64,000 bases of DNA from the human T2T-CHM13v2.0 reference genome, Homo sapiens. Of the stretch, positions 1 through 15,065 are shown in pieces. The translations under genes were made by a program, and so were the position numbers. Within the stretch, counting starts at the first letter, position 1. Each line of letters starts with the position of its first letter. The stretch lies in the NCBI RefSeq assembly GCF_009914755.1, contig NC_060925.1. The stretch is one strand, 5' to 3'. The notes beneath the pieces were generated by a model. The model was not told where the DNA came from. It worked only from the letters and a program-made list of their open reading frames with translations, and searched no databases.

Positions 1-57
1 ACACCATTGCACTCCAGCCTGGGGAACAAGAGCGAAACTCTGTCTCAAAAAAAAAAA
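1..57 (+). mobile_element. Alu 3' end (cut by window edge)
   Basis: cactccagcctggg...gaaactctgtctc plus an A tail. Confidence 0.95.
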
Positions 58-1074
58 GGCTCTATCAGTTTGCTCTGACTCTCTTTCTTTAACCAGCAGG
101 TTACGTGACACGTGACACCATCTGCATGTGACCTACTGTCTTCACTGGGACAGGCCTTCTAACTTGGGTCAACTGGCCTGAACCCATACGTAGAATGATT
201 GATATATAGTTCACTAAGTTAAATTATACATTTATAGACGCAAAAAAAATTTTGACATACAGTGTGGTTGTGTTGTATCCTACTGCTCTAATATTAGGAA
301 AGGGGCTGGGATGCTAGGTCAGCTGGGACCCTCTTTTTCTCGCTTGCATTCATCTCTTTTTCTCTCTTACTCTCACCACTTTTCTACCTCATGTTGAGTA
401 GCGCCATGAAGACCCCTCCTTCATCACTCTGCCTGCAGTTATCCTGGGAAGCAATTATAAGCTTTCAGCCTCAACCATGCAGACTAACTGGCTCTACTTC
501 CTTCACTATTGCAGTTTCTAGTTCTGTTCGTAATTGTTGCACAAGACTTTGTGCTATTGCAACTACTTGGAATGCCAGTTCCAGGCAGAGTGCCCTCTGT
601 TGTAGACACCTTGTGCTTTGGGAAGTTGTCTGTGATTAGGGGAGTAATTTTCTATTTGAGGTTGGTCTCAGGAAGGGAAACCACTCCTGACTCCTGCCTG
701 AAAACTCGCCTCCTTGCTCAGAAACACTAATTACAGGGTTCGTTTGATGCTCTCACTTAAATATTTTAGTCACTCACACATTTATTGACTATCTGTATGT
801 GCCCAACCCCATTCCAGGTACTGAGGTTAAAAATGAGTGAGATGCAGTCTCTCCATACCACAGAGCAAAGGAGGAAGCTTGTTTGTGTATATGGAGCATG
901 GCCCATGCAGGGTTACTTAATGCTAGAAACCAAACACTCTGAGGCAAAGAAAAGGTGTAGGGGGTTGGGGGGCAGGGTAGAGGAATAGTCTACCCAGACT
1001 GCCTGTCACTCAGACCAGCCACTCTGCTGCAAAAGGAGTTGGCTTATCTTTTTTTTTTTTTTTTTTTTTTAAGC

Positions 1075-1548
1075 ACTTAGCAGTTTCCTAGGGCTGCTAT
1101 CTGCTGTAACAAACTGTGTGGCTTAAAACAATGGATATTTATTCTCTTGCACTTCTGGCAGCTTAGAAGTCTGAAATCGAGGTGACAGCAGGACCATGCT
1201 CCCTCTGAAGGCTCTAGGGGAGACTCTTTCCTTGCCTCTTCCTAGCTTCTGGTGGTGGCTAGCAATCCCTGGTGCAGTGTAACTTCAATCTCTACCTCTG
1301 TCTTCACGTGGCATTCTTCCCTATGTATCTCTTCTGTCTCTGTCTCCAAATTTCCCTCTCCTAAATCCTGTCATTGAATTTAGGGCCACCCTAATCCAGT
1401 ATGCTCTCATTGTAACTTGATTACATCTGCAAAGACCCTATTTCCAAATAAGGTCACATCCCCAGGTTCCTGGGTTAAGACTTCAATGTATCTTTTTTTT
1501 TTTTTTTTTTTGGAGGGGGCGGGAGTAGTGCACCATTCAACCATGACA
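1075..1548 (-). mobile_element. MaLR LTR, MLT1C-like
   Basis: ggcttaaaacaa...tttattctc...ccctctgaaggctctagggg...ctgcaaagaccctatttccaaataaggtcacat. Confidence 0.75.
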
Positions 1549-2349
1549 TCTATACTCTGTCCACCAAATGCAGGTGGGTTTTGTACAGACACCAAAGCAC
1601 ATATACTTTGCACTTGGGCAGTAGCCCTTTGGGAGTCACTTGGGATCTATTTCCTCTTAATTTTCTTCAAGTTTAAACAAATTTGATCATCCAAAGGAGC
1701 CATACATAGCCCAATGATGAGAAACGTGAGCTTTGGCTTTAAAACTGGTGTTGAAGCCTGCCTTTCCAATTTATTGTGAGTCCTGGAGCAACTCGTGTAA
1801 CTTCTTTAATCCTCAGTTTCCTTATCAGTAAAATGGGAATAGTGAGAATACCTACACCACTGAGTTGTTATTAAGCCTGCATGAAAACCTACATGTAATG
1901 ATATACACTGTGCTGAGCACTTTACATGATCTCATATAGTCTTTTCAACAACTCTTAATTGATTGGTATTTAGACTTCTGTTTTACAGATGCAGAAATAG
2001 AAGCTAAGTGATTCGCCCAAGATCTCCAAGATACTAAAAAGTATCAAGAGTTGGAATTTGAACCTGGATTTCCACTGTGCTCTATTCCTCAAGACCCTTT
2101 TTAATAGTTATGTAGCGCTACAGTCTAGGGGTTCCTAAACTTTTTAAGGAAAGTCCAACTTTTTATATCCCTAAAGCCTTGCTCTCACTGAAGCCTTGAT
2201 TGAGGCCAAGAGAGAATGCCTTGCTGCTGCCCCCATGAGCCACTGCCCATCTAAGGAATTCCCACAGATGCCCACATTTACCCACATGCTTTAAAAGCTC
2301 TTGTTTATTGAGTCTTTGCTGTTCACCTGGCTGCATATTACATTACAAG

Positions 2350-2670
2350 GCAAGGTAGCATGATAGTTACATGTCTGGGCTCTGGAGACAGACTGCGTAT
2401 GACCTGGTGTCTTCTTAGAGCAAGCCTTCTAACTTGGGTTGGCTGAATCAAATCTATATGTAAAATGAATGATATACAGACAGTTCACTAAATCAAAGCC
2501 CATCTCCACAATCTACCTGACCTCGGACAGATGACATAATCTCTGTATCCCCCATTTTCCTTATCCCTAGGATAAGGGCTGAGAATAATAAGCCCCTATA
2601 CAGTTGTTGTGAAGATTAAATAAGTTAATGCTTGTAATGCATTTGAAACATGACCCAGCACATTGTGGCC
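2350..2670 (+). mobile_element. MIR interrupted by a ~100-bp insertion (one of many MIR/L2 remnants in the window)
   Basis: ctctggagacagactgc...tgacctcggacag...gttgttgtgaagattaaataagttaatg matches the MIR core. Confidence 0.7.
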
Positions 2671-3270
2671 TACTGAATTTATCTTCTACTACCTTTGAGC
2701 AGGCATCATTGTCCTTACTATTTTACAAATAAAGAAACTGAGGCCAGAAAGGCCATATACCACTAGAAGGTTCGAGCAAAGCAAGGATTCAGGCTCAGGC
2801 CTGTTTGACTCCAGAGCCCAGTGGTTACAGCAGGGACTGTACTTGATTCTTTAAATCCTCCTTCTGCTACCTGTCCCATTCCTCCAGTGCCTGGACCATT
2901 GGAGATGTTTAATCAGTATTTATCCACAGATAAACCCATTGCATCTATGCCCTCCTACCTAGGCTTACCTGCTTTCGAGATCAGGGGATGTGTTAGAAGG
3001 ATGTGATCAGTCCTTATCAATACCCTTTCTGTTTTTAGTAGTTTGGATAACATTTATTGAGTGTCTACTATATGGCCAGGCATTGTGAGAAGCATTTCAC
3101 ACATACCTTTCCTCATTTACTTTCAGAACCTTCTAAAGGAGGCTTCACTCTCTGCATTTTATGGAAACTCTGGCTTACAAGGACCCCATCGAAAAGGATG
3201 TTCCCTCTTTGTGGCCACCTTCTTTCATGTCCTTTACAGCCGGACATCCTATTTTGGCCAGACCATATAA

Positions 3271-3585
<315 letters not shown>

Positions 3586-5248
3586 TCTCCTCTTCTTAAA
3601 AGCCCCAGAGTCCCACCATATTTTAATTATTTGATGGAGGGCCAACCACTGCCTGCCACAAAACTTAAAGGGGCACAATTTCCCTTGTGATCTTGGTGAA
3701 GGGAGCCCATAGAGTTGTGCAAGGCTGCTCTGGGCAGAGGTGAGTGAAGCACTGCCCCTTACGAGGCTGCTGGCAATCTTGCTTGTTTTTCCATTTTCCA
3801 CCACAAGAGGGCAACATATGACCATGAATGATTTGAAAATAAAGCGATTCCTTAACTGGTTCTCTTTTTACCAAAGAATTTTAATAATTGTGCTCCTGGT
3901 AAGTTAGAATGGGGAAAGTTCTTCTGTTAGCGCCAAGTGAATATTCTTAAGGGATTGAAATTCAAATTGTCTTGAGAATTCTCCAAAAAGGAAATAAAAG
4001 ACATAGAAAAATGTTATATGAACCACATAAATGGCTGTTTTTATAGGTCAAAATGTTTGAATATGGGTCATTTCTGATAAAACAGGAGACTCCTTCACAC
4101 GTGCCTTACTTATGAAAAGGGGTTCCTAAGCCTTGCACATCTTCAAATTGAGGAGATTGTTTTCAGACGTAACCACATGGGTTCAGAATGGCAATTATGC
4201 AGATGGAGAATGCCTTCCATGGCTTCTTGTCTGCCCTGTGAGTGCTCATAGCTCTCTTGTAGGCTCCCAGATGAGTACTTTTTACTCCATTTTAAAATGA
4301 TTTGTTGGCTTATCTATCTCTCCTTCTGCACCAAAAGTTTCTTGGCAACTTGAGTCTTCCTGAGGTGTACAGTGCCTGGTGAAATGAATACAACACATCG
4401 GTCTATATAGGACATATTGGGTAGATGGATGGGTGAACAGATGGACAGCCAACTGACGCGTGCTAAAGGTTGTACACTCTCTGAGGCAGAGGCAGCTGTT
4501 ATGTTTGTTTTTATTTTCAAAATCTACTTCAGGAGTCTCTGTGAACATGGGATTCTGTAGAGCTCTAAGCCATCTGGCCCTTGTAATTCTTCTGACCTTG
4601 TACCTTCTTCCAATTTTAATGTAATTTCTCCTTTTCTTTAGAGAACATTTCCTAACTCTACTAAAATGCACATAGCCAATGGCCCGTCCCAATTGTTGGG
4701 TATGAAACACGCCTGCTTGTTTTCAGATTCAGAGCAGTGCTAAAGGCTAATACTTACGCAGGGCTTGCAAAGCACTAGAACCAGCTGGTGCTAAGCTCTT
4801 TACATTTGTAAACTCCTGTCTCTTAATACAACAAATCTATGCAGTAGCTACCACTTTCAATCCCTGTTTCAAAGGTGAGAAAATAGAGGCACAAAGAGCC
4901 TACATCCCTTGCCCACGGTCCCCTAGTCAGAAAATGGTACTCGGCCTGTCTCCTTGCTGTGGACTGAGGGAGCTCAAAGGAGAAGGGGAGGAAGTGTTCT
5001 CTCTTCCTTTTCTTGCCTGTACTGGACAGCAGGTGAGGCCTGGCTCACAGCTGGCAAACAGGACCCAGGTACTACGGAGCCCTGGTCAGCCCTGTAAAGA
5101 GATGTAAGCAGCTATAAGTAGCAGAAGCCCAATTAGGGTTCAGTGAGCCCCTATGAGGCCTGACACACAAGGACTGCACACAGAGAGAGGGGCGTCTCCT
5201 GCAGCCACAGGCAGTGGTGGGGCAGATGGACTTCAAGACCCTGAGACA

Positions 5249-5519
5249 CATTTTGGGAGGCCAGGCGGGCAGATCGCTTGAGATGAGGAGTTCGAGACCA
5301 GCCTGTCCAACACAGTGAAACCCTGTCTCTATTAAAATTACCAAAATTAGCAGGGCATGGTGGCACACACCTGTAATCCCAGCTCAGGTGGGATTGAGGC
5401 TGAGGCACGAGAACTCAGGAGGCTGAGGCACGAGAATTGCTTGAACCTGGAAGGCAGAGGTTGCAGAGATTGCACAACTGCACTCCAGCCTGGGAGACAG
5501 AGTGACTCTGCCTCCCCAC

Positions 5520-5548
<29 letters not shown>
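5249..5548 (+). mobile_element. 5'-truncated Alu with an internal duplication
   Basis: Alu body with gaggctgaggcacgagaa present twice, a long A tail and TSD aagaccctga(g/a)aca. Confidence 0.92.
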
Positions 5549-5550
<2 letters not shown>

Positions 5551-6699
5551 CCCTGAAACAAGAGGAACCCAGGCAGCGTCTCCTGGTTGTCTCAGCACAT
5601 CTGTTTCATTTTCCTCTCTCTCTGCTGACCCATTTGTCAATGGAAATTAGGTTTCTCAGTGTGTGTGGTTTTTTTTTTACAAACTCATTTAATCAAGCAC
5701 CTATGAATATTTCAAATTTTTAAGTCAAATATTTGTTTTCTTTTAAAATTCCTTGTCTAATAAGGAAAACTTTTCAAGTATTCAAGTTGTTCTCATGTAA
5801 TCAAATAATAACAGCAGATCCTTGTACAGGGCATACTATAGCCACCCTGGTTTCAGAACTATCTGTAAATTGCTTCATTCAAACTTGACTACAACAAGTA
5901 AAGTAGAGCTGCTATCATTATCTCCATCTTGACAGATGAGGAAATGGAAGCACAAAGAGGTTAAGTAACTTGTCCAAGATCATATTACTAGTAACTGGTA
6001 GAATAAGGGTTCAGACCCTGTCACTTTGGCTTTAGAGGCCATTCCCTCAAGTACTATAGTATACTGTCTGCATGTGATGACTTAAACTTATAAATATAAT
6101 ACAGTCCAAGTTTTCTGGAATGTTCCACTAATGTTTATAATTTTGATAAAATTCTTCTCATAAAATTCTTCTCATACCTCCTTAAACTTAAAATCCTGTC
6201 TAAATAAGTAACACAACCTGCACTTAATTATAAACTGGAACCACAAGGCTAATCTTTAGATAAACTAATATCCCACATTTCTTAAATGTATTTCAAATGC
6301 CAAATATACCTAGTTTTCCCCCCCTTACTCCAAAAATATTAATACTATGTTCATTTTATTATTTGTATCCTATGTGATATATTTCATCATCTGTACACTT
6401 AATTTTAAGAGAGTATGTTTTAAAATGCCTACTTAAAAAACCATTCTCTCACCTCAAGTGATGAGGGGTTACCTTTCCAGTTGAATTGGGGTGACACCAG
6501 CTGGGTGAGGTGTGGCTCGGCCAAGGGTCTGGATGTGGAGGCACCGAGTCCAGAATACCAGCGCCAAAAGGGATTCTCCAGTGGCTTGTGTTCCCAGCCC
6601 CTGTTCCCGATTCTCAGGTCTGATGAATCTGCAAGCCCTACCTACGTGAGAAGATTCATCTAACCTATTTTCTGCTTGATACTATTTCGAATTCTTTTC

Positions 6700-7090
6700 T
6701 GATTCTTCCCGTACATCAGATCCACAACTCTTAGAGATGTATGAATGATCCCGAGTTGGATCCTGCATAGCTGTCACGGACTCTCACATATTGTCAGGCT
6801 GTCAGCAGCAGTTCTGTGGATATTCTCATGCCTCAACTGTTCTTGCCCCACAGCTCATAAGTTTACCTGTCTTTCTGGTTCAAGGGCTAACCTAATCTGG
6901 CTAGTACACTTTTGAGTCCCAATTCTAGATTCCAAGGAGAGAAAACATGAGTGGTCCAGCTTTAGTCAGGGGTCTACCCCATTTGCTCATGGCCTGGAGT
7001 CAGGGTCCTGGAGTAGACACCTGGCCTCAGGCCTTCACTCTCATGGAATAGTTGGGGGACAGTTCTCAGAGAAGAGAGGAGATGAGTAGA
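6700..7090. mobile_element. Old MLT1-type MaLR LTR remnant (approximate)
   Basis: gagagaaaacatgagtggtccagctttagtcaggggtctacccc resembles MLT1J/K. Confidence 0.4.
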
Positions 7091-9771
7091 AAGCACAGTA
7101 TGGAAAAAGGGTCAGAGGAAAGAGGTTGTTCAAGGAGTATCTTCACAGTAGGAGAGGAAAAAAACAAAAGCAGTGCTCAAACTGGGCCAAGAACTCAGAG
7201 TTGAAGTTGTGTGTAGAAAGCTGGCAGAGGAACAGTGCTGGACAAGATCACATTGACTGGGACCCTCAAAGCCACCCCAGCTAAGGATGGGACCCTTTTT
7301 GCAAGCCTTGGTTAATCTTTTTCCACTCTTATTTCTCCAAGCCATTCAAGGCATCACTGCCAGCCAGTCAACTTTCCAAAAACATATTGGTTTATATTCT
7401 TTTTGCTTACAAATTTCCATAGTTCCCCAGCACTTTCAAAATAAAGTTTAGCACGGTTCACAAGGCTCCATAGACTTGCCCCAACTATTTCTCCAGTCTC
7501 ATCCCTGTCACTGCAACCTCTTCAGAGCCGCAGCTCTGTAAACACACCTTCAGGATAGCACCAAGGCCATCCCGCTATGATGGCTCCTTTCTGATGTGAA
7601 CTTTTTTGAGAACAGAGGCCCATCCACCTTTGTTTCTATCTCCAACCCCACTCAGAATGTGAGAAAAAAAATTGTATCTTTACATCATTTTCCAGTTCAT
7701 AAAGGCTTTCCTAGACATTAACTGAGGCAATCTTCGCAAAAACCTTGGGAGAGAGGTATTATTTCATGAAGAAATTGAGGCTCAGAAGGACAAGGGGGCT
7801 GACAATGACCGATAATCTACCTTATACCAGGCACAGTACTGGGTGTTTTCACATGTGACCTGTTTTCAGTTTTCTGAACAAACTTCAGAGCTATCCCCAT
7901 TTTATAGGCTCAGATGAGTTAAGTAACTTGCTCTAGATTGTACCTCTCATACATTTTACAGTGAAAGATTTGAGCCCTAGTTGTATCTGGCTGCTGAACC
8001 TGTGCCCTTCCCGTTAGAATGTAGTGCCTTGCCTGGGGCTGAGCATTTACTACCTGCTTAGTTACTGGTGGCTGGAGAAATGAATAACCGTTTTCCACTC
8101 TTGGGGACAAACACTTCAAGCCCTCTGGAACAGGCACCTGCAGCCATCACAAGCATAGGGCCTTGGGCTGGAGTGTCTGATTAACCCTGCTGCTTTAAGC
8201 CAAATTTCTGCCTTTCTTTCTAGTGCTTATGCCTGGAAATAGGGTTATCAGGCTCATCCCTTATGCCCACTCCTGGGACATTAGCTAAGAAAGAATTCTT
8301 GGTGTGAAGAGGTGAACCCATTCAGGCCAGCCCTCACATGGGGCCTGGGACACCATTATTAACTGTCCATTAAATATTTTTTAAAGAAACATAGAAAAGA
8401 AAGAGTGAATAAAGGATTGGTAAGTCTACGGTTTCTGCTATGCTCTACTGGGAAGGTATCACTGCTGATGCAAATGGAAGCTGGAGTCTTTGCAAGGCTG
8501 GGAGCGAAGGGGTTCATAACTCTGCCATTGTGAAATTGATTGGACCCAAGACCAGTATGAAAGTTCCTTGTCTGAAGGGAGTAATCCTTAAATCCCCCAT
8601 ATGGTTTAAATGTAATTTGTGTCATTGTGAAGGAGTACTGGCAATGCAGGCGAATTCATTAGGCCAAATTGGGTTCGCTATGCTCGACAGTAACGTTTCT
8701 GAAGATGAAGTTCAACCTTTGCTGGAGAGCTAAAACAAATGAGTTTCTTAATAGCTGCCCCACTTAGTCTGAGTGTCTTAGGAAGCTTAATGTTTTTAAT
8801 GTCTCTTCTTTTTTACTATACTTCACAGTCCATCTAACATTGCTGCTTCTGGTAATATTTTTATATGGGGTTGAGTTCTATAGTGTTCATAAAATTATGA
8901 TCAGGCCCATTTTTAGAATAGAAGCTTTTCTAGGGCAAGGATTATGTTCTTTTGGTATAGTTTTGCATATTGACAAACACCATGCCTGGCATGTGTCGTT
9001 GCTTAAAATGTTGCTCTCGTAATTCTGCCCTCAGAAAGAACTTCACCGAGAGACTGGGAGGCTGCCAGCAGAGACTATGCTGGAGTGTGGTGTATTATGT
9101 GGGCAGAGAGGCTTTGGTATGGGATGTGGGAATATCCTTGTGCCCAAGTACCCCCAAATTTACCCTGGGATTTCAAGATCTCATTAAGAAAACTACCAAT
9201 TATGTGGTTGGCTGCTCTGTTATTCCAATGAAAAGATTATTGGAATGATATTTTATAAATCTGGATCTATTATCGGATATGTCAAGACACACATGCCAGC
9301 CTAATTCACAAGCCCATATAAAACCAGGGAAAACTTGGCACAGAACTTACAAAATAGGAATTTAAAAAATCATTTATAGTACGTTGAAAAACAGTGGTTA
9401 TGTAAACTGTTAATAAAGCATGCTTGCTTTTTCAATTAATTTCTAAAGAATTTGACTTTTAAAAACAAATTAAGAGCCCAAAATAAGCTATAAAAAGTAG
9501 TCGTCTTTTGGCTGACTGGTTTTCAACATAATAGATGTGTTTTGTGAATTGTGTTAATGTTATGTCTCGAGGTATTTCCTGCACATGGGCCAGGCCCATT
9601 TGTCATTTGAAGGGGCTCCCTTGCCAGTGGCCTACTTTCTGCTTGTGAGCCTGTTATTCCTGCTGGTCTTGTGCAGAGCAGCCCCGGAACACAGCGGCAT
9701 TCTTGACAGAGGGCAGTTGGCAGCTACCAGTGCCTGTCTACTTTCGGATGCTACTTGACAAGTTAGTATAA

Positions 9772-10138
<367 letters not shown>

Positions 10139-10649
10139 TAGATCATTAATAAAATCTCAGGGATCAAATGGAATTAGATATGAAATTTATTTAGGTAAAA
10201 TATTTTTAAACATCCTAGTTTCTTCAAATACAAAGGACTTAAACTGCTTCCCTAAAAACATTTTATTAAAAGTCAAGTATGCTTAAAACTGAGAAAATGT
10301 TAAAAACGAATCTCATGTTCATATTATTTTTCTAAATAAAAACTCGATCCAACCCTGTGTACTCAGAAAAACATATGTATATTTTTTCCGTGTTTTGCTT
10401 ACATTTTTAAGGACTTGGTGCATCCTCACGCCTGTTTTTTTGTATATTCAAAGGAATGACCAAGCTGTTGGTTATTCAGGGCAACTTTGGAGGTATCTGT
10501 TCTTCTAGAACTGAACACTGTTTTCTTAAATCTTTGGTGGCCAATGAATAAATCTGTTAGATAATTTTTTTCCTGATAGATTGCATGTGTGAAGTAAAAA
10601 TAATTTCTTAGGTTTCAAAATGACAGTGATGTAAGAAAACCAGGGGTAA

Positions 10650-11558
<909 letters not shown>

Positions 11559-13994
11559 TGATAAGTATTGTTATGTTTCTGGCTCTCCAAATAACCTTAA
11601 TTTTACAGAAGTATACAAACGTACAAGGATTTATATGTGGTATACACTTCAATTCTACTAACATCCAGCTAAGTTTCATTGTAACTTCAGTGATTGTATA
11701 TTGTGAAAATACTTCAGAAATTACATTAGCCACACTGGGATACAGGAATGTTAAGTTCAGCTTCTTAGGTATTATGCTGTGTTCTGTTGCTTGACAAAGT
11801 ACCTGTTGCTTTTTAGACATTTAAAGCACACTCCCGGTCTTAAGCTGTTTTATCTACATTCTAACTAGCTTCAAGGGGCACCCTGTCCTGTGTAAGAGGG
11901 CTCTACTGAATGGTGGAGAGAAGAGGATTTTGTTTTCTTTCAATGGCTTTCTTGTTGAAGTTCAGTCACTTGTCAAACAGGAAAACAAAAGCCAGGGCAT
12001 GCTGTTGTTTATGGATCCTGGTAGTCACGCAGAAATGCTAGGAGGAGGTTGGAAAATGTTAGGTGTGAGCCTTTTGAGGGGACCTGTTACAGGGGCACCT
12101 GCTTATAATGACCTTGGACACAAAGAAGCCGTGCGCATGGTGAATTTGTGCAGCAGGGTAGAGATAATAACTCCTGTAAGACTATAGTATGAGGCGGCTC
12201 TGCTAAACCTCTGCATCGTGAAAAACCGTGTTGGCTGGATTAAGCAAATGAGAAGGAATATTGTACCAGAACGCATTGATCTTGATAATCTAACAATTCG
12301 TGCAGCCCACTGGTTTCCAGGAAGGTGGGCATCAGGACATTGATGTTTTTGCTCTGCAAATTCCTCAGTGGGACCAGAAATACATTTTTAGTGTTTTAGA
12401 TAATGATTAGCAATTAGTTGGAGCACATAGTCCTTCAGTACCTGCAAATTTTAAAATCTGGTGTATTTCTTTTCTGGAAGAGATTCTGATTCTTGGTAGA
12501 TAAAATGTAGTATTGCAACTAAGTGTGTTAGACATTCATTTTCAGTGTATTTTCAAAATATGCTGAGCAGGTATGTTTGCAGAAGCAAAATTAAAGCAAA
12601 ACAAAATAAAATGTACCACCACACTAAATTTTAAAGTGTTTGTAGATCCTGTTGTTTATAATTAGAGTTTTCCTGATACTCAGTTTCAGAATCTGAATGC
12701 CTCTCATGTAAAAGTTGCTGATAAAGCACTCAAATATGAAATTATTATGAAGCATACACATTTTTAAGATAAAATGTGACATGCCATAAATTTTTTCTTT
12801 GAGGAGAGCTGCAAAGGGAACAGTATTAAGATGCTTTTAATCTTTTGAGAGGGAACGAATGGAACATTATTTCTCCACATATATCTAGACTGTTGAGTGG
12901 ATCTGGTACACTGTCCCCTTTGCTGTGATATATTTGGCTCCATTTCATTTTTGTGTGGAGCTGAAGAATGTGGAAGAAGTGGTAGGAATGTGTAATTCAG
13001 GCACACCCTACAGACTTTCTCAGATTTGCCCTCTGAAGGTTTGCTAAATAATACATTTAAGTGATAATTGACTAAATATGGTAGCTGCCTATTTGTTAGA
13101 GCTGTTGGCAGCCCAAGCAATATTTTCAAGTCTTTTCAAGGTAAGCTTAGAGGTGAGAGCCACCTTATTAAAAATAGCACTGCATTTAAAACAGTCATGC
13201 TAACCAACTGAATTGCTTAAAATATTAGTGGACTGGATAAAGCACTTCAATCGGATGCGCTTTAAACCTGTGAAATTCTAAAGGGTTTGATTTCTTCTCT
13301 TTCTAACATATCCTAAATTCTGACTGTTTTAACATGCCTTTGATTGTGGGTGGGACTGCAGGGAGGAAATCTAAAGGAAGGATAATTATTACCACAGATT
13401 TTGACAAAAGTCAGTGCTCCTTTCTCATTTTCTTTAATACCCACTGTGCCCATAAGCTGATTCTTGGAGGGCTTTTCAGCCCACTGAGCTAAATGGAGAT
13501 CATTTTATTTTTTTTCCCTTTACCATACTTTATCTGGTGCATTTATGGGTTATAAGTTTCTCTTCATTTTTTATTTACATAGAGCTCTCTGCTTTTAAAG
13601 GACGTTTTATTGCACAAAATAAGATATTGACGGGCCCCTTTTAGAATATTGATATCTCATTCAGTCCCCAGAGCTCTAAACTGAGAGGTAAGTTTAGAGG
13701 TAAGAGCAGGACCCATGTGCATGATTACAGGACAAAGAAAATGGAACTTGTTTTTTAAATAACCTAAGAAAATACCAAGCCCTGTTTTCAATTAAAAGGA
13801 ATATTTAAAGTTTACTCCCTGCCATGTTTGACTATTAGATGTTTGGAGAACAATGAGATACCCATTTTGGTGGGGAGGCGTGAGTTTTAAGGAAGGAAGT
13901 CGTGGGAAAGGAAGGCAGGCAGGGGAGGCCATTTGAGGATGGACTCTTAGTGCCTGGCTGAGGGGGTTATCTCTAACTTGGGAGCCAGGAAAGG

Positions 13995-15065
13995 TAAAAT
14001 GTACATAACATCAGATTTACCATTTTAACCATTTTCAGTGTATGGTTCCCTGGCATTAATTACACTCACAATGTTTTACAACCATCACCACTATCCATCT
14101 CCAGAGCCTTTTTTAAAAATCATCCCATACAGAAACTCTGTACCCGTTACACAATCATTCCCCATTTCCACTCCCACCAGCCTCTGGTAACCTCTGTACT
14201 ACTTTCTGTCTTGATGAATTTGCCTATTCTAGTTACCTCATAGAAGCAGAATCAGACAATCCTTGTCCTTTTGCATCTGGCTTATTTCACTTAGCATGAT
14301 GTTTTCCAGCCTTATCCGGGCTGTAGAATGTGTCAGAATTTTATTCCCTTTTTTTAAGTTAAAAAATATTTATCCTTATGACCTGGCAGTCACATGAGAA
14401 AAAAAAAGAAAAAAAAAATTATCCTATATATGTCCTTCCAATCACATCCATATCTATAGATTGCAATGTCATCTTTGAGTACAGTGACAAATTCTTTAAA
14501 AAGTTTTAGTTGTGGTAAAAACATGTAATAAAATTTACCACCGTAACCATTTTTAGGTGTATGGTTCAGTGATGGTAACAAAACATTGTTGTGCAGCATA
14601 TCTCTAGAAAGTTTTCATCTTGCCAAACTGAAAGTCTGTGTCCATTGAACAACTCCCCATCTTTCCCTCTTCTGAGCCCCTGCCAACCACCATTGTATTT
14701 TGTGTTTCTATGGTGTTGACTTCTTTAAATACCTCATGTAAGTGGAATCATACAGCATTTGTCTTTTGTGACAAATGCTGTATGACAAATTTCACTTAGC
14801 ATAATGTCCTCAAGGTTCATCCATCTTGTGGCATATGGCAGGACCCCCCCCCCCCACACACACACACACTTTTAAGGCTGAATAATATTCCACTGTATGT
14901 ATACACAATATTTTGTTTATCCATTCACTTGATGATAGACGTTAGCGTTCTTTCCACCCTTTGACTTTTGTGAGTAATACTGCTGTGAAATTTGGTGCTT
15001 AAGTGTCTGTCTGCGTCCTGCTTTCAATTCTTCAGGTATATACCTAGAAGTGGAATTTCTGGGAG
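13995..15065 (-). mobile_element. Two adjacent old L1M 3'-end fragments (~13995-14360 and ~14505-15065)
   Basis: Both carry tttaccatt/cgtaaccatttt...atttcacttagcat(g/a)atg, typical of L1MB/ME 3' UTRs. Confidence 0.75.

Noticed and set aside
956-984. G-rich run as a possible G-quadruplex
   Set aside because: Only three clean G3+ tracts and no functional context.
8440-8733. 97-aa ORF in unique intronic sequence
   Set aside because: No recognisable domain or splice context. The region may be a conserved non-coding element, but that cannot be shown without alignments.
9135-9280. Possible decayed third copy of PGM1 exon 1 (YPQIYPGISR, a frameshift, then LIKKT, versus [15 protein letters not shown])
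   Set aside because: It needs a frameshift, has no match to [14 protein letters not shown] or AAANG, and has no donor. This level of similarity is expected by chance. A frameshift-aware search (tfasty or GeneWise) with a significant score would be needed.
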